From Trypanosoma brucei (taxonomy: Eukaryota): a DNA stretch of 64,000 nt. The DNA is taken from contig CH464491.1 in NCBI GenBank assembly GCA_000002445.1, positions 2,336,001 through 2,400,000 on the forward strand, read 5' to 3'. Both the position numbers and the translations under genes were made by a program. Below, in pieces: positions 50,681 through 61,471 of this stretch. The notes under the pieces were generated by a model. The model saw nothing but the letters and a program-made list of their open reading frames with translations. It searched no databases and was not told where the DNA came from. Each line of letters opens with the position of its first letter. Position 1 is the first letter of the stretch.

Positions 50681-52321
50681 ATGAGGGCCCTGCGTTGTGT
50701 TAGGAGGGGTGTTTATCGCCAGTCAGTACGACTCTGTTATTTTATGTCGCTGGAGTGTTCACTACGTCCAATCACAGGTGCCTCCGCACGATTACTGTGC
50801 CGATTTACTGCTCCGACTTGGCCCAGAAAAAATGAGGTGGAGGAAGGGGATGTGGGGACGACAGAGTCCACTTCGCAAGATGTGCGGTCAATATTTCGTA
50901 GTAACATCGAAACACACTCCGAAGTATCGCTCGAATCCTCAGCAAGTCCAGCTTTGCCACCCAAAACTGCGGCGTTGGATGTGTCTGTTCTCGACAGTAA
51001 GGGTAACGCGGTCCCAGTGAATCCTGTTAAGCTCTTTTCTGATCTCGACAATCTACCTGATTGGCTGTCGAAGGGACTCCAGTCGTCCGGATTTTCATGT
51101 ACCACCCCCATTCAAAGCTATACTATTCCAGTCCTTGACGAGGGTCACGATATGATCGGCCTGGCTCCTACAGGTTCGGGGAAAACTGTAGCCTTCGCCG
51201 TTCCCGCCCTAAAAAAGTTTCAGTGGAGTCCGAACGGTTCACCAAGGATAGTGGTTCTCGCACCAACAAGGGAGCTAGTTCAACAAACTGCGAAAGTGTT
51301 CCATCAGTTGAGTTCGGGGAAAGTTCGTGTGTGCGAAGCGTACGGTGGTGCCCCACGTGAAGCGCAGGCCCGTCGGTTGCACAATGGTTGCGATGTTCTC
51401 GTGGCGTGCCCAGGTCGGTTGAAGGACTTCTTGCAGAACGGCGACGTGATCTTTGATGAAGTGTCGTTTTTGGTCTTCGATGAGGCTGATCGTCTACTGG
51501 ACATGGGGTTCAAGGTCCAATTAGACGACATTCTGGGTTACTTTTCGAGCCACCGCCCTGCTCAAACGATGATGTGGTCCGCTACCTGGCCCCCAGTTGT
51601 GGAGCAACTGGCCCAAGAGTATCTCTCACAGAATCGCTACGTAATCCGGTCTGGAACTGCCGGAACGGGACTTCAGGTCAACGAGAATATTAAGCAGCAC
51701 ATTTTCTTTGCTGATGCCCCCGAAGAGCGCGTGAAAACACTTGTTTCTCTCATTAAGGAGGGGAAAATTGACGAGAATACCGCTAAGATGATGATATTTG
51801 TCGAGCGTCAAACTGACACAGAGAATGCAGCCTACGCGCTGGCCCGTATGTTGGGGATTCATAGCAGATGCATTGGAGTGGTGCACGGCGGGATGCAACA
51901 GCGGCAGAGGGATCATATAATGGGCATATTCAAGGAAGGACGGATTCGGATACTTGTAGCCACTGACGTGGCCTCTCGTGGACTTGACTTCCCGGATGTA
52001 ACTTGCGTTGTTAACCTCATAGCCCCCAAGAACATTGACAGCTACTGCCACCGCATTGGTCGGACCGGAAGGGCTGGTCGCACCGGTGAGTCCTTTACCT
52101 TTATTGGGCGTTCGGATGGATCTCTGGCGAAGGACTTGATAAATTACCTGGAAAAATGTGGTATGGACGTCCCTCAGCGGTTAGTGGAGTTTGCTGAAGA
52201 GCACGCCCAAGGGGAGGAGATAAAGCGTATGAAACGACCGTGGCGCGGTAGGCAGCAGCGTGAGGGGAGGAGCCAGTCGCGGGGTGGTCGTGAGCCGGCA
52301 CCTCGTGACAGTGGTTGGTAG
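50681..52321 (+). CDS. DEAD-box ATP-dependent RNA helicase with an N-terminal presequence-like region and an Arg/Gly-rich C-terminal tail
   Basis: Motif I GLAPTGSGKT, Ia [45 protein letters not shown]. The N-terminus MRALRCVRRGVYRQSVRLCYF is basic and amphipathic, which may indicate mitochondrial targeting. The C-terminus is RGRQQREGRSQSRGGREPAPRDSGW. Confidence 0.85.
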   Translation: MRALRCVRRGVYRQSVRLCYFMSLECSLRPITGASARLLCRFTAPTWPRKNEVEEGDVGTTESTSQDVRSIFRSNIETHSEVSLESSASPALPPKTAALDVSVLDSKGNAVPVNPVKLFSDLDNLPDWLSKGLQSSGFSCTTPIQSYTIPVLDEGHDMIGLAPTGSGKTVAFAVPALKKFQWSPNGSPRIVVLAPTRELVQQTAKVFHQLSSGKVRVCEAYGGAPREAQARRLHNGCDVLVACPGRLKDFLQNGDVIFDEVSFLVFDEADRLLDMGFKVQLDDILGYFSSHRPAQTMMWSATWPPVVEQLAQEYLSQNRYVIRSGTAGTGLQVNENIKQHIFFADAPEERVKTLVSLIKEGKIDENTAKMMIFVERQTDTENAAYALARMLGIHSRCIGVVHGGMQQRQRDHIMGIFKEGRIRILVATDVASRGLDFPDVTCVVNLIAPKNIDSYCHRIGRTGRAGRTGESFTFIGRSDGSLAKDLINYLEKCGMDVPQRLVEFAEEHAQGEEIKRMKRPWRGRQQREGRSQSRGGREPAPRDSGW

Positions 52322-52792
52322 TTGCTGCGCAGTTTTGTTGCTGTCAGGACTTGTGGTGACTGACATGTTTCTGTCATTTCTACTTTAGCACATTAGTTTC
52401 ACATAGTGATCCTGGCATATGATGGACCTTCTTTCCTCGTCACTGGTGCGTGAACCCCTTTTCGGTGTGAGCGTACCTTTTGTTCGTTTTTTCACGTGTG
52501 TTATTTCCTAGAGCTTCACATCTGGTGATAGGCTCACGTGGCGTTGTAGTTAAATTCTTTAAGAAACCTGCGAGAGGTATTTCTAAAATAGTACAACACG
52601 ATGGAAAAATGTTGAAATAAATCTTAAATGAAACGGCACGTTCAAATAAGGAGAAAGGAACTATCAATGACATGTTTATTCGTTAAGCACTAACTTGTCA
52701 CCGCTTTGTCCACAATGTTTTTCCATCCGAACCAATTTACCACGCGAGGAACTTAGTCAATAAATTTCTAGGCATTGGGGTTTGATTGTGTC

Positions 52793-53932
52793 ATGGCGAG
52801 GATAATTGACGTATCCGAGCTGGATTACGCAGCGCACTCCCTTACTCGTGGAGGACTAGTGGCACTTCCCACCGAGACAGTGTACGGCCTGGGTGGCAAT
52901 GCGCTCGACGAAAGGGCCGTCCAACAGATCTTTGAGGTTAAGGGGAGACCCTCCACTGACCCATTGATTTGCCATGTTCCCGATATCCAGAGAGCGGTGG
53001 GACTGTGGGATTCTAATGCTGACCCTGCAGCCCTGGAGGTAGCTAAGTGGATAGGGGATGCAATCTGGCCTGGGCCTTTGACTATCGTGTTTAGGGCGAA
53101 TTCTGTGCTACCTCCCTCGGTAACAGGGAATTCAGGGTATGTGGGCGTGCGGATACCAAATCACCCCATCGCGCTCCAGCTTCTGCAACTTGTTAACTTC
53201 CCCGTGGCTGCACCAAGCGCCAATACTTTTGGTCATGTTAGTCCTACTACAGCGGAGCATGTCCTTCGCGATTTGGGGGAAAGGTGTCCTTCGCTACTGG
53301 TCATTGACGGGGGGCACTCTAACATTGGTATCGAATCAACAGTATTGAAAGTGGCCAGTGCTACAAAGGTTGAAATTTTACGCCGTGGGAAGGTCTCGCT
53401 TGCGGATTTACAACAAGTAATATGGAAAAAGTTTGCGTGCCACATCACCGTTAGGGACACCCGGTCATGCCCAGGTACCGTCGATATGGCGATGGACGGA
53501 CCCGGTCAACTGTTGACCCACTATTCTCCCAGCGTTTTATCGGGTATGTTAACACCTAAGAGTACGAATTGCGAAGTGCATCAGAATGAACTGGACAAGG
53601 CTGTTGTAGAACTTCCCTCCACTCCCCCCTTGACAGGGGGAGTTCCGCTAAATCAAACCGTGATAATTGACTTTGGGGGGCTTTTGCAACGTTTTCAGAG
53701 GGTTTGCTTGGCATATCGTGATCTCAGCGCTGAGGGTGAGGTACAGCAGGCTTGCTTTGCTGTCTTTGAGGCGTTGCGGTGGAGTGAGACGGTTTCAGGG
53801 GCGGGTGTGGTTTTGTTTCCACTAATATCGGAGTGGCCGTGCAAAACGGGTGATGAAGAACTTTTAGCGGCCGTGGAGGATCGCCTCTTCAGGGCTGCCT
53901 CCGGTAAGATAGCTAACATTCGCTTCGGATGA
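52793..53932 (+). CDS. SUA5: Sua5/YrdC threonylcarbamoyl-AMP synthase (tRNA t6A biosynthesis), long form with a C-terminal SUA5 domain
   Basis: The YrdC signature LVALPTETVYGLGGNALDERAVQQIFEVKGRPSTDPLICHV is present. ~380 aa with a C-terminal extension. The track start is TTG 52775; the first ATG is 52793. Confidence 0.85.
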   Translation: MARIIDVSELDYAAHSLTRGGLVALPTETVYGLGGNALDERAVQQIFEVKGRPSTDPLICHVPDIQRAVGLWDSNADPAALEVAKWIGDAIWPGPLTIVFRANSVLPPSVTGNSGYVGVRIPNHPIALQLLQLVNFPVAAPSANTFGHVSPTTAEHVLRDLGERCPSLLVIDGGHSNIGIESTVLKVASATKVEILRRGKVSLADLQQVIWKKFACHITVRDTRSCPGTVDMAMDGPGQLLTHYSPSVLSGMLTPKSTNCEVHQNELDKAVVELPSTPPLTGGVPLNQTVIIDFGGLLQRFQRVCLAYRDLSAEGEVQQACFAVFEALRWSETVSGAGVVLFPLISEWPCKTGDEELLAAVEDRLFRAASGKIANIRFG

Positions 53933-54274
53933 ACAGTGCCATCATCAAATGACTGCTCTTTTCACTGCACTGTGAGACTTCGGGGGAAAATAGTGGTATT
54001 TTTTTTTTGAGCCAAAAGGAAAGGGGGGAAAGCATTAGGGCACTGCGTCTGATAGCTTTGAAGAAAAAGCAACTATAATTGTGGCAAGTAGGCATGGACG
54101 CTTGGTATAAAGATAAAACAAGTATCCTGTTTCTCCCCAAAGTCTTGCTCGTCATTTGTTAACATTCGTTTAAAAGTTCCCTTTTTTATATCTTTTCACC
54201 TCTCTTAAGCGTTTGTTGGGTCGGTGTCACTTGGTTGAAGGGAGAATAAAGACGCTCGTGACTTCCACCTCGCA

Positions 54275-54679
54275 ATGAGTTTTCACCCTCGGGATGCTTT
54301 CATCCTCCACCAAGAATACATACAACGTCTCAACGAAGGAGACGAAGTCGACACATCCGCCGAACAAAAAGTTGAACTGAACCTTCAGAGGCATGCGGAT
54401 TCCGAGTCTGCAGCGACTGTCACATTTTCTCACGAGGATCATACGCTAGGAAATCCTTTGCGTCACGTGATTATGGAAGACCCGAGTGTGACGAGTGCCG
54501 GGTACGCCATTCCGCATCCACTAGAAGCAAAAATGCAACTTCATGTTCAGTCAAGTGAGTATGCCGTCGAAACGGTAGCCAAGGGTCTGGAGCGTTTGGC
54601 CGCTATTTGCGACGAGACGTTGAAAAGTTTCAACGCTTGCGTGGAGGCCATTTCCGCAGAGGACCCTGAGGGGCACTAG
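54275..54679 (+). CDS. RPC19: RNA polymerase I/III shared subunit AC19 (RPAC2 / POLR1D-like; RpoL/Rpb11 fold)
   Basis: Rpb11/AC19 signature FSHEDHTLGNPLRHVIMEDPSVTSAGYAIPHPLE ... AVETVAKGLERLAAICDETLKSFNACVEAI. The acidic N-terminal extension and the HV/YVIM and GY.IPHP spacing resemble AC19 more than Rpb11. Confidence 0.7.
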   Translation: MSFHPRDAFILHQEYIQRLNEGDEVDTSAEQKVELNLQRHADSESAATVTFSHEDHTLGNPLRHVIMEDPSVTSAGYAIPHPLEAKMQLHVQSSEYAVETVAKGLERLAAICDETLKSFNACVEAISAEDPEGH

Positions 54680-55161
54680 ACCGATGTAGCGGTGTTGCTG
54701 CTCTGTGCTGAGGGTGATGCTTCCACCCAAGGTGTTTTCACTTTTAGCGGTAGCAGTGCTGGTGTCCGCATCATCGAAAAATATTTCCGGATTATGTCGG
54801 TGGGCTTTGTTTTTCATGCATCCGGTTATATAATATTTGGATACGCACTCGGTGTAGAAGCCCCAGTTGTGGTTTTCAAATAAATAAAGGAGTTTTGAAT
54901 TCAATATCAAGATATGTTCGCTACCGCAATGTGAGCTGGATCCTTTGAATAATCTAAAACCCCCCAGAGAAGCGGCAAACTGCACGATGCTCTACCGCCT
55001 TTTAGTGTTGAGTCGAGAAACTCGTGTGTAACCCAACAAACCTCAATTTCCTCTTCCCCATTTTTGTTCAATCTCCTTACACGTCTGCGTGATGCATCAA
55101 CGTAGCTGCCAGCGTTTTTGCGCTACTCCATATTTTGAGAGCGAGTCCGGCTGGTGAAAAG

Positions 55162-55773
55162 ATGAGTGTAACCCTTTCAGAGCCTAAGTCATCTGTCATT
55201 GTCAACGGACGTCGTCGCATAACATCAAAGTTTGTCGATGGCGGTGAGATGATTGAGGAATATGACGTCATTACTGATGACCTTCTACTTCGCAAGTACC
55301 GCTCAAGGACCACACTTGGAGGGTTTAGCGCTTGGGAAGTTGAGGTGGGAAATGAAGCCTCAACGCGTAACTTGGACAAAGAATTAGTTGTGGAGACAAG
55401 TGGCAGCCCAGAAGTGGTAAAACAGGATGCGTTGGAGTTTTATGTGTTCCGCATACGCAATCTTCCATACGCAAAGGAGGTGTTTAGTGTTGCCGTAGAG
55501 CATAGCAAACCAACCGATATGGGGGAAATTGTGGTGCGTACGAGCAACAAAAAATACTTCAAGAGGCTCTCCATACCTGATATGAACCGACGTAACCTTA
55601 AGTTGGATCCTGCTCAACTCTCCTTTGATGTACAGCACAACACGCTGATTATTCGGTACAAGAAGCCCCTAGTGGTTCTTGCCGCAGAAAGTGCGGCAAA
55701 GAAGGAACGAGCCTCGCTCCCAGCGAAACGCATCGATGATGCCGACTCTAGGACCAGTTGCAATCAGCAATAG
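55162..55773 (+). CDS. DPCD: DPCD-family protein (homolog of the deleted-in-primary-ciliary-dyskinesia protein)
   Basis: 203 aa from the first ATG, matching the usual DPCD length. The N-terminal block SVIVNGRRRITSKFVDGGEMIEEYDVITDDLLLRKYRSRTTLGGFSAWEVEVG resembles the DPCD consensus ([31 protein letters not shown]..LG....W..EVG) as I recall it. The track start is TTG 55135. Confidence 0.6.
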   Translation: MSVTLSEPKSSVIVNGRRRITSKFVDGGEMIEEYDVITDDLLLRKYRSRTTLGGFSAWEVEVGNEASTRNLDKELVVETSGSPEVVKQDALEFYVFRIRNLPYAKEVFSVAVEHSKPTDMGEIVVRTSNKKYFKRLSIPDMNRRNLKLDPAQLSFDVQHNTLIIRYKKPLVVLAAESAAKKERASLPAKRIDDADSRTSCNQQ

Positions 55774-56226
55774 GGGTGAACCAGCAGCCGATTCCGGGGT
55801 GTCGTACATGGCACTTTTCAAACTGTTGTGCGTTTGCTTCGGTGTGCGGTTGCGCATGTCTTAGATTCGCGGCTGGTCACGGAACTCCTACTTTTCCCCT
55901 CTTTGCATTCGGCATCACCAACTGGACATCCCGGAGAGTTCCTCCCTCTGCGAGGCCGGGATTTATTTTTAACATACGACGTTGTAGCGTCACCTGCCTT
56001 TGCCTTTGCATTTCTGTGCTATCTTATTCTTATGTGGGATTCGCTGCTCAGGAGGGATCTACGCCACTAGGTCATAGACAGTAAGGCGTGAGGAGCCGTA
56101 GGTAACTAGGAAACGCAGAAGTGGCAAGGTAGCATAGCGACGTTAGTTGGTAGTAGGTAAAAATTCGTTCGCATTAGTTGGGGGCGTTACGTTTGGGATA
56201 CAAGTGTGGTTTAATAACAAGGCAGA

Positions 56227-56748
56227 ATGATTCGCAAGACTCCACCACGCCTTGTACGCGACCCGGTGCCGACTGACACCAAAGCTTTTTACTCGTGGTT
56301 TAGCGGTCAGGCGTATCGGCAGGAACGTGTTATTCCCGGTGGGTACCCCGCCGTCCGCGTGTATCCGGTATATGGTAAGAGATGGTTTACGGGTCGTACT
56401 GTAATGGCGATGATTGCTGGGTTTTCGCTTTTCGGTGCTTGGCATCGACCCGAGAAGGAGCGTTACAACATGGAAATGATGATTGAGTGGTCTGAGAGGC
56501 AAGCGGCCCACCTTCCATATCAAAAAGCCGAGGTGAACCTACGCTGCCTTATTACTAGCTACAAGCGGCATCGCTACGAACAGGAAAACCTCATCGATAA
56601 AGGTTTCGTAGGTCTAACATCGGAATTCCGCAAGTTCTTCTACCACGACGATGTGTGGCGCCCCCCACTGCACGATGTTCTCATGCACCCGTACGCAAAG
56701 TATGGCGGACCGTTGTTCAGCTACAATTGGACCATAGGATACTTTTGA
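56227..56748 (+). CDS. Hypothetical small protein with one transmembrane helix (possibly a mitochondrial inner-membrane complex accessory subunit)
   Basis: A 173-codon ATG ORF. It has a single hydrophobic segment, RTVMAMIAGFSLFGAW, and conserved-looking aromatic-rich flanks. No named motif. Confidence 0.4.
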   Translation: MIRKTPPRLVRDPVPTDTKAFYSWFSGQAYRQERVIPGGYPAVRVYPVYGKRWFTGRTVMAMIAGFSLFGAWHRPEKERYNMEMMIEWSERQAAHLPYQKAEVNLRCLITSYKRHRYEQENLIDKGFVGLTSEFRKFFYHDDVWRPPLHDVLMHPYAKYGGPLFSYNWTIGYF

Positions 56749-57470
56749 GGTGGAATGCGGGGGGGGCCACCGGTTTGCATTTAATGAGCGTAGGTTATGC
56801 TTCTTCTTCGTTGATTCGATAGATTTTTCGTTATCTGGCGAGTGCGACGCCCGTGGGCGGTTTCTTCTTTTCTTTATTTTTTCGTCTTTCGCCGCGGTCG
56901 TCGCAGCATCGTGAGGGGAAGGCCGCAGAGGTTTGTGGAGGGTAGTGCAGGGCCCCCTCCTTTTTTTTCGAGTGTTACGCAATAAGCACACATAACCGCT
57001 GGGGGATGTAACGTTTTCACATAGGTGACCATATTCCTTTGAAGCGGGGGCTCTGTAGCAGGGGGCCGTGTTTTATGTCGTTCGTTTTGTGGGAGTATTG
57101 AACGAACGAACTGGAGAAGCGCATGGGTACACTACTGTATTCGGTTGTGCTGCGCCGCTTCTGGGAATTATCACTTACCTTCCTCGTTATGGTGAGAAGT
57201 GTAAGAAGTACATTTTGTGTCGCGATGCTGTTCCCACCACTCTCCTTGAGGCGCATTCCCTTTCCTTACCTTTGTTGTGTGAACAGCGTATCCACGCGTA
57301 CTTGTGCGTGTTTTAGGCGCGTGTTATTGCACGTATTTCATTTTTCAAAGGATTTTCACAACGCTGCTTTGCCGTGGGCAAAGGTGTCTGTTAAATCAAC
57401 CACAAAACTAGTGGGTGAGGTGGTGGCGCGGGAACTGCCGCTTTTTCACTTACTTTGATTCGTATCGTCG

Positions 57471-59147
57471 ATGGATGAGGACATGTGTGTTGCCGCTGCG
57501 GCCTTCCGTGGCACAGAAGAGTACGCAGCCGTTTTTGACCTTGAAGTATGGAAGGCTCAACAGCAAGCGCGCTTACGTAGCGAAATTAATGAGGAAAAGG
57601 CGCGACTCCAAAAGGCAGTCGCGGAAGAAGTGCGAAAAAAAGAAGCACAACGCATAAGCGAGTTGGATGCCCTACAACAGGAGCTTCAGCAGTTGGCTCG
57701 TCGCCTACAGGTGCGTGAGGAAGCGCTTCATAGGCGAATTTCGCAGTTTGAAGTTCGCGAGGCTGCATTTGAGGACCGCCGTGTGAAAGTTGCAGAACAG
57801 CACGAGCAGCACCTTCTTTCGTTAGAAACTCGAACTAGGCGGCAACGCGAGGAAGCGGCTACGCAGGTCGATGTGCTCAAGGCTCAGCTAGCGGAGCGCG
57901 ACCGATCAGTTGCTCTACTGGAAGAACGACTTTCTGCAGCAGAAAGTGAGTACGACAAGCTGCAGCGATATGTGTCCAGGGTATCGACTAGTGATGAGGA
58001 CACAACACGCACCGACGCTCTTGAGGAGCAGCTGTGCGCTGCCAACTCAGCGATGGCCAAACTTCAACTGCGGTTGAAGGAGCGTGATTCAGAGCTAGCG
58101 TTGGCATCCAGAGAACGTGATCAACTGAAGCGTACGTGTGAAGTGTACAAGGACCAACTGTATCAGCTTACCAAGCGTTACAACCACTTACAAGAACAGT
58201 GCTGTCGTCGGGAACGGATGAGATTGGATGAAGAACGAAGGCGTATTGATGATTCGAAGCGACGGTATGGGATTGTAGAGCCGCGGATGGGTATGGAGAC
58301 ACGAAGTCCGCGCTGCTACGATTTGCTTGGTACTTTAGTTGCCGGTGGAACATCAACGAGGCGGCCAGGTGATGCACTTGCGCATGATGATTGTACGTTA
58401 TTACTGCATGAATTAAAGAGCGACGTGGAGAAAGGAATGCAGAAATTTGGGCGTAGGGGAAAAGGTGTCACGCAAACAAAGAGGCGGCAGGACTTGGTGT
58501 TCGCGGAGGTCGTGGTCCGTCAAGATGAGGAAGAGCCTTTACATGTTGAAGGCGGTAGTGATAGAGTTTGCCCAGTCGCGCATGGGGGACCCGCGGTTCC
58601 TGATACGGAGCTAGACACAGGATACGCTGATGACTTCGCTAATACAACGATTTCCTCTTTGTCGCACCGTGAAGGTGAGAACCACGGAGTGGCCGTGTCA
58701 ACCTTTCCGGGGATGCCTATTGAGGAGGGCTTGGGACAGACGGATGTGGGCGACATTTCATCAACTTATTGCTACGCTGACATCGAGTCGTGGGGGTCTG
58801 GTGACGAAGAAACGCGCTGCAGACCAATTGAAAGGAAACTGAGAGGCGATGCCGCGGCTGACTTACCGCCGCTTGCGCCCGCACCTGCAATCAGTGACAG
58901 TTTCACCGACAGGTCTGCCGCACAACATGTGTCCCCGCCGAGGGAACCCATGGAAGGTCCGGGAGCGACCTCAATGGTGTCCACACGGGACTCGACGAGG
59001 GGAGAAATGATAGCATTCGTTGAAAAGCTACAAGAAAACAGGCGAAAACTACTCGACTCGGGTGTGTACAGGGAAGACGATAGTATTGTGAAGGAAATGA
59101 GTGATAAGATTGCTCTTTATGAAAATTTCCTGTCACAGAATTTTTAA
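57471..59147 (+). CDS. Coiled-coil protein (hypothetical), 558 aa
   Basis: The N-terminal 300 aa are a heptad-rich E/R/Q/L coiled coil (for example LQQELQQLARRLQVREEALHRRISQFEVREAAFEDRRVKVAEQHEQH). The C-terminal half is acidic and low in complexity. Confidence 0.5.
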   Translation: MDEDMCVAAAAFRGTEEYAAVFDLEVWKAQQQARLRSEINEEKARLQKAVAEEVRKKEAQRISELDALQQELQQLARRLQVREEALHRRISQFEVREAAFEDRRVKVAEQHEQHLLSLETRTRRQREEAATQVDVLKAQLAERDRSVALLEERLSAAESEYDKLQRYVSRVSTSDEDTTRTDALEEQLCAANSAMAKLQLRLKERDSELALASRERDQLKRTCEVYKDQLYQLTKRYNHLQEQCCRRERMRLDEERRRIDDSKRRYGIVEPRMGMETRSPRCYDLLGTLVAGGTSTRRPGDALAHDDCTLLLHELKSDVEKGMQKFGRRGKGVTQTKRRQDLVFAEVVVRQDEEEPLHVEGGSDRVCPVAHGGPAVPDTELDTGYADDFANTTISSLSHREGENHGVAVSTFPGMPIEEGLGQTDVGDISSTYCYADIESWGSGDEETRCRPIERKLRGDAAADLPPLAPAPAISDSFTDRSAAQHVSPPREPMEGPGATSMVSTRDSTRGEMIAFVEKLQENRRKLLDSGVYREDDSIVKEMSDKIALYENFLSQNF

Positions 59148-59514
59148 GATGCTCATACTCTTTTGCTTATTAGCTACCCTACTGTCCGTGGTGACTTGGT
59201 GCCATGGCAGCTCCCCTACCTTCCCATCTTCGCGAGTTTGTTGCAGGGAAACGGCGATCCAACTATAGATCATATTCTACCATACACACATCCGTGAGTG
59301 CGGATACGCGACGCACACGCCTTTTTGGCGTATATGTTTTTTCCCCTCCCTTTGGCAATGCTGCTTTGTGGAATGTTAGGAGACATTGAGATGGTGTTTC
59401 CACGCTGTCACCTTGATTTTCCTATATTATCCTGTTGTTTGGGTTAGTGCGGCGCTGATACTTCCATATTTTTCTCCGCAGGCATCACTTTTTGTTCCCC
59501 CATCTTAGCCTCCA

Positions 59515-60951
59515 ATGGATTTCCGCCTCCCCCTCTGCAGCGTCCTTAATTCAGAAGTGGGCCGTCGACACAAGATTCCGCACCGCACGCTTTCATTACC
59601 CAAAACTAGTCTTTTTGTTCGGTACCTTGATTCTGACGACACGCGGCTGCCTGTGCACTCGTTGTTAAATATTGTGCCGCAGCCCGCTGAAGATTATGAA
59701 ACATACACTGGTGAGGACGATTGGGAAAAGAAAGTAGATGATGCTGCAGGAGTAGTGGGGGACTGTGGTGGTATAGACGGTAATCCACCCCGTTTTGACG
59801 AGATGGTGCAGTGGGTTATCGATGCCTTAAAAGATATCGAAGGATGTGGAGGTGCCGCTTCGGACGGTGTTGTGCTCTGCGGGAGATGGGTAGTAGCAGA
59901 CGACTGCAGTTGGGTGGTGCCTTCCCGAACCCCAATACTTCACTCTCCGCGCGATGTTTTCCTCGCGATGCGCAATTCACCAAAATTTTTGCGTGATGTC
60001 CACCATCAGATACTGAGTGGGGACACGTCCTCGGCGGGAATGGGATCGACGGTAGAGTTGACACTAGCAAAAGCCGTTGGTAAAAATCCGGCAAATGACT
60101 TTCGTGTGTTTGTTCCTTATCGACTTGTCAGGGCGGAGGACACATTCCGTGTCACAATATGGGAGGGGCGTGTTTTTGCTGGCGTTTGCCAACGTTCGAC
60201 TGACGTGTGCTTCCCATCGTTAATGTCGTGGGATTTGAGAACGCATTCTGAGAACTATGATCACGTATTGCGCCATATTGAAGGAGCGAGGCTACTTGAA
60301 CGAAGCATTGAGGCTGATCCCTACCTGCGCACATTCCTTTTGCGAAAAGTGGAGGCCAATGAGGTCGAGGGTGCAGCCAGCCCTTGTTCGGTTCTCCTGC
60401 TATCCGTGGATGTGGTGTTTGAGGGTGTGTCGCTTCCCCTTTACATCGTCAGCGCCAAGGTGCGATGTTTTAAGCACGACAGGCTTCGGGACCCGCTCTG
60501 TGTTTCACCATTTATTAAGGAGGAGGACAACAACGGTTCTGAGGAAGGGGTAAACGCCGTTGGAGGTGGGGTTGATGGTGACAGGAGCGATGGCATTGAC
60601 ACGAAAGAAATGCTCGACGATTCCGTTATTTTCTTTCGACTTTTTCGCGATGTCAATAATTGGAATTTTCACGTGACGCTTTGCCTCCACCCTGACGGAG
60701 GCGAAGTTTCCGGTGACGTTGACAAAGGCGTCAATATTGTGCCCTCCCCTCAGCGAGATCGGCGCTTCTTCGTTATTGCCTCCGAGCGGAGCGACTTGGT
60801 ATTGACTAAGGAGCCGATATTGAAGCGGGGGATGCCGCTGGAGTTCCTGAGGCCGGAGCTGTTAGGAGACATTGGTGAGGGACTCCCGCAGGTATGGAAA
60901 GACCGGCTACTCCGTTGTCTATCTCTCGTACAGCGGTCACAGGAGCTTTAA
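59515..60951 (+). CDS. Hypothetical protein; weak resemblance to the CDC123/D123 ATP-grasp-like family
   Basis: A 478-codon ATG ORF. Blocks such as FRVFVPYRLVRAEDTFRVTIWEGRVFAGVCQRS and VDVVFEGVSLPLYIVSAKVRCF resemble the D123-family FRCFV...L.GISQR and FD.Y....G.VWLID segments. Similarity is low and unverified. Confidence 0.35.
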   Translation: MDFRLPLCSVLNSEVGRRHKIPHRTLSLPKTSLFVRYLDSDDTRLPVHSLLNIVPQPAEDYETYTGEDDWEKKVDDAAGVVGDCGGIDGNPPRFDEMVQWVIDALKDIEGCGGAASDGVVLCGRWVVADDCSWVVPSRTPILHSPRDVFLAMRNSPKFLRDVHHQILSGDTSSAGMGSTVELTLAKAVGKNPANDFRVFVPYRLVRAEDTFRVTIWEGRVFAGVCQRSTDVCFPSLMSWDLRTHSENYDHVLRHIEGARLLERSIEADPYLRTFLLRKVEANEVEGAASPCSVLLLSVDVVFEGVSLPLYIVSAKVRCFKHDRLRDPLCVSPFIKEEDNNGSEEGVNAVGGGVDGDRSDGIDTKEMLDDSVIFFRLFRDVNNWNFHVTLCLHPDGGEVSGDVDKGVNIVPSPQRDRRFFVIASERSDLVLTKEPILKRGMPLEFLRPELLGDIGEGLPQVWKDRLLRCLSLVQRSQEL

Positions 60952-61471
60952 GTGACAAATTGCACTGTAGTGCCTTCATGGTGGAAGTGGGCGTAGCATC
61001 CAGGTCCTTTGGCTATATGTTGCGCTGTGCTACGTTTTGTCGGGTGGTGCACTTTTAAGTAAGGCCTTCTGGCACTAATTTTATCTGTTGCTCTGCGCAA
61101 CGTCTTTCTTTTCCGATTGCCTGCTTTTCTCGTGCTACTTACCACGATTTTCGCCATTACCTCTTTTTTCTTTGCTATTTTTTTTACTTTTTACAGGACG
61201 TAGCATGGTTGTGGGCTTCCGCATTTAAATTACATCTGTTGGTCGCCTTCCCTCCGTCTCTACTGTTACCGGAAGAGGGCCTTCTGCGGGTGTTGTAACT
61301 GGAACTCCGACGTCATAGGACCTAACTTTGGGATAGCGTTGCGCTGAGGAGTTGAGGCCACTCACGAACTAGACGGGAAGTTCTAAATAAGCCGATCCAC
61401 TTTATTTATTGAGCAAGAGAAGACTTACGAGGGGAGAAGGTACTATACGTTTAAACCTATCCCTTGACGGA

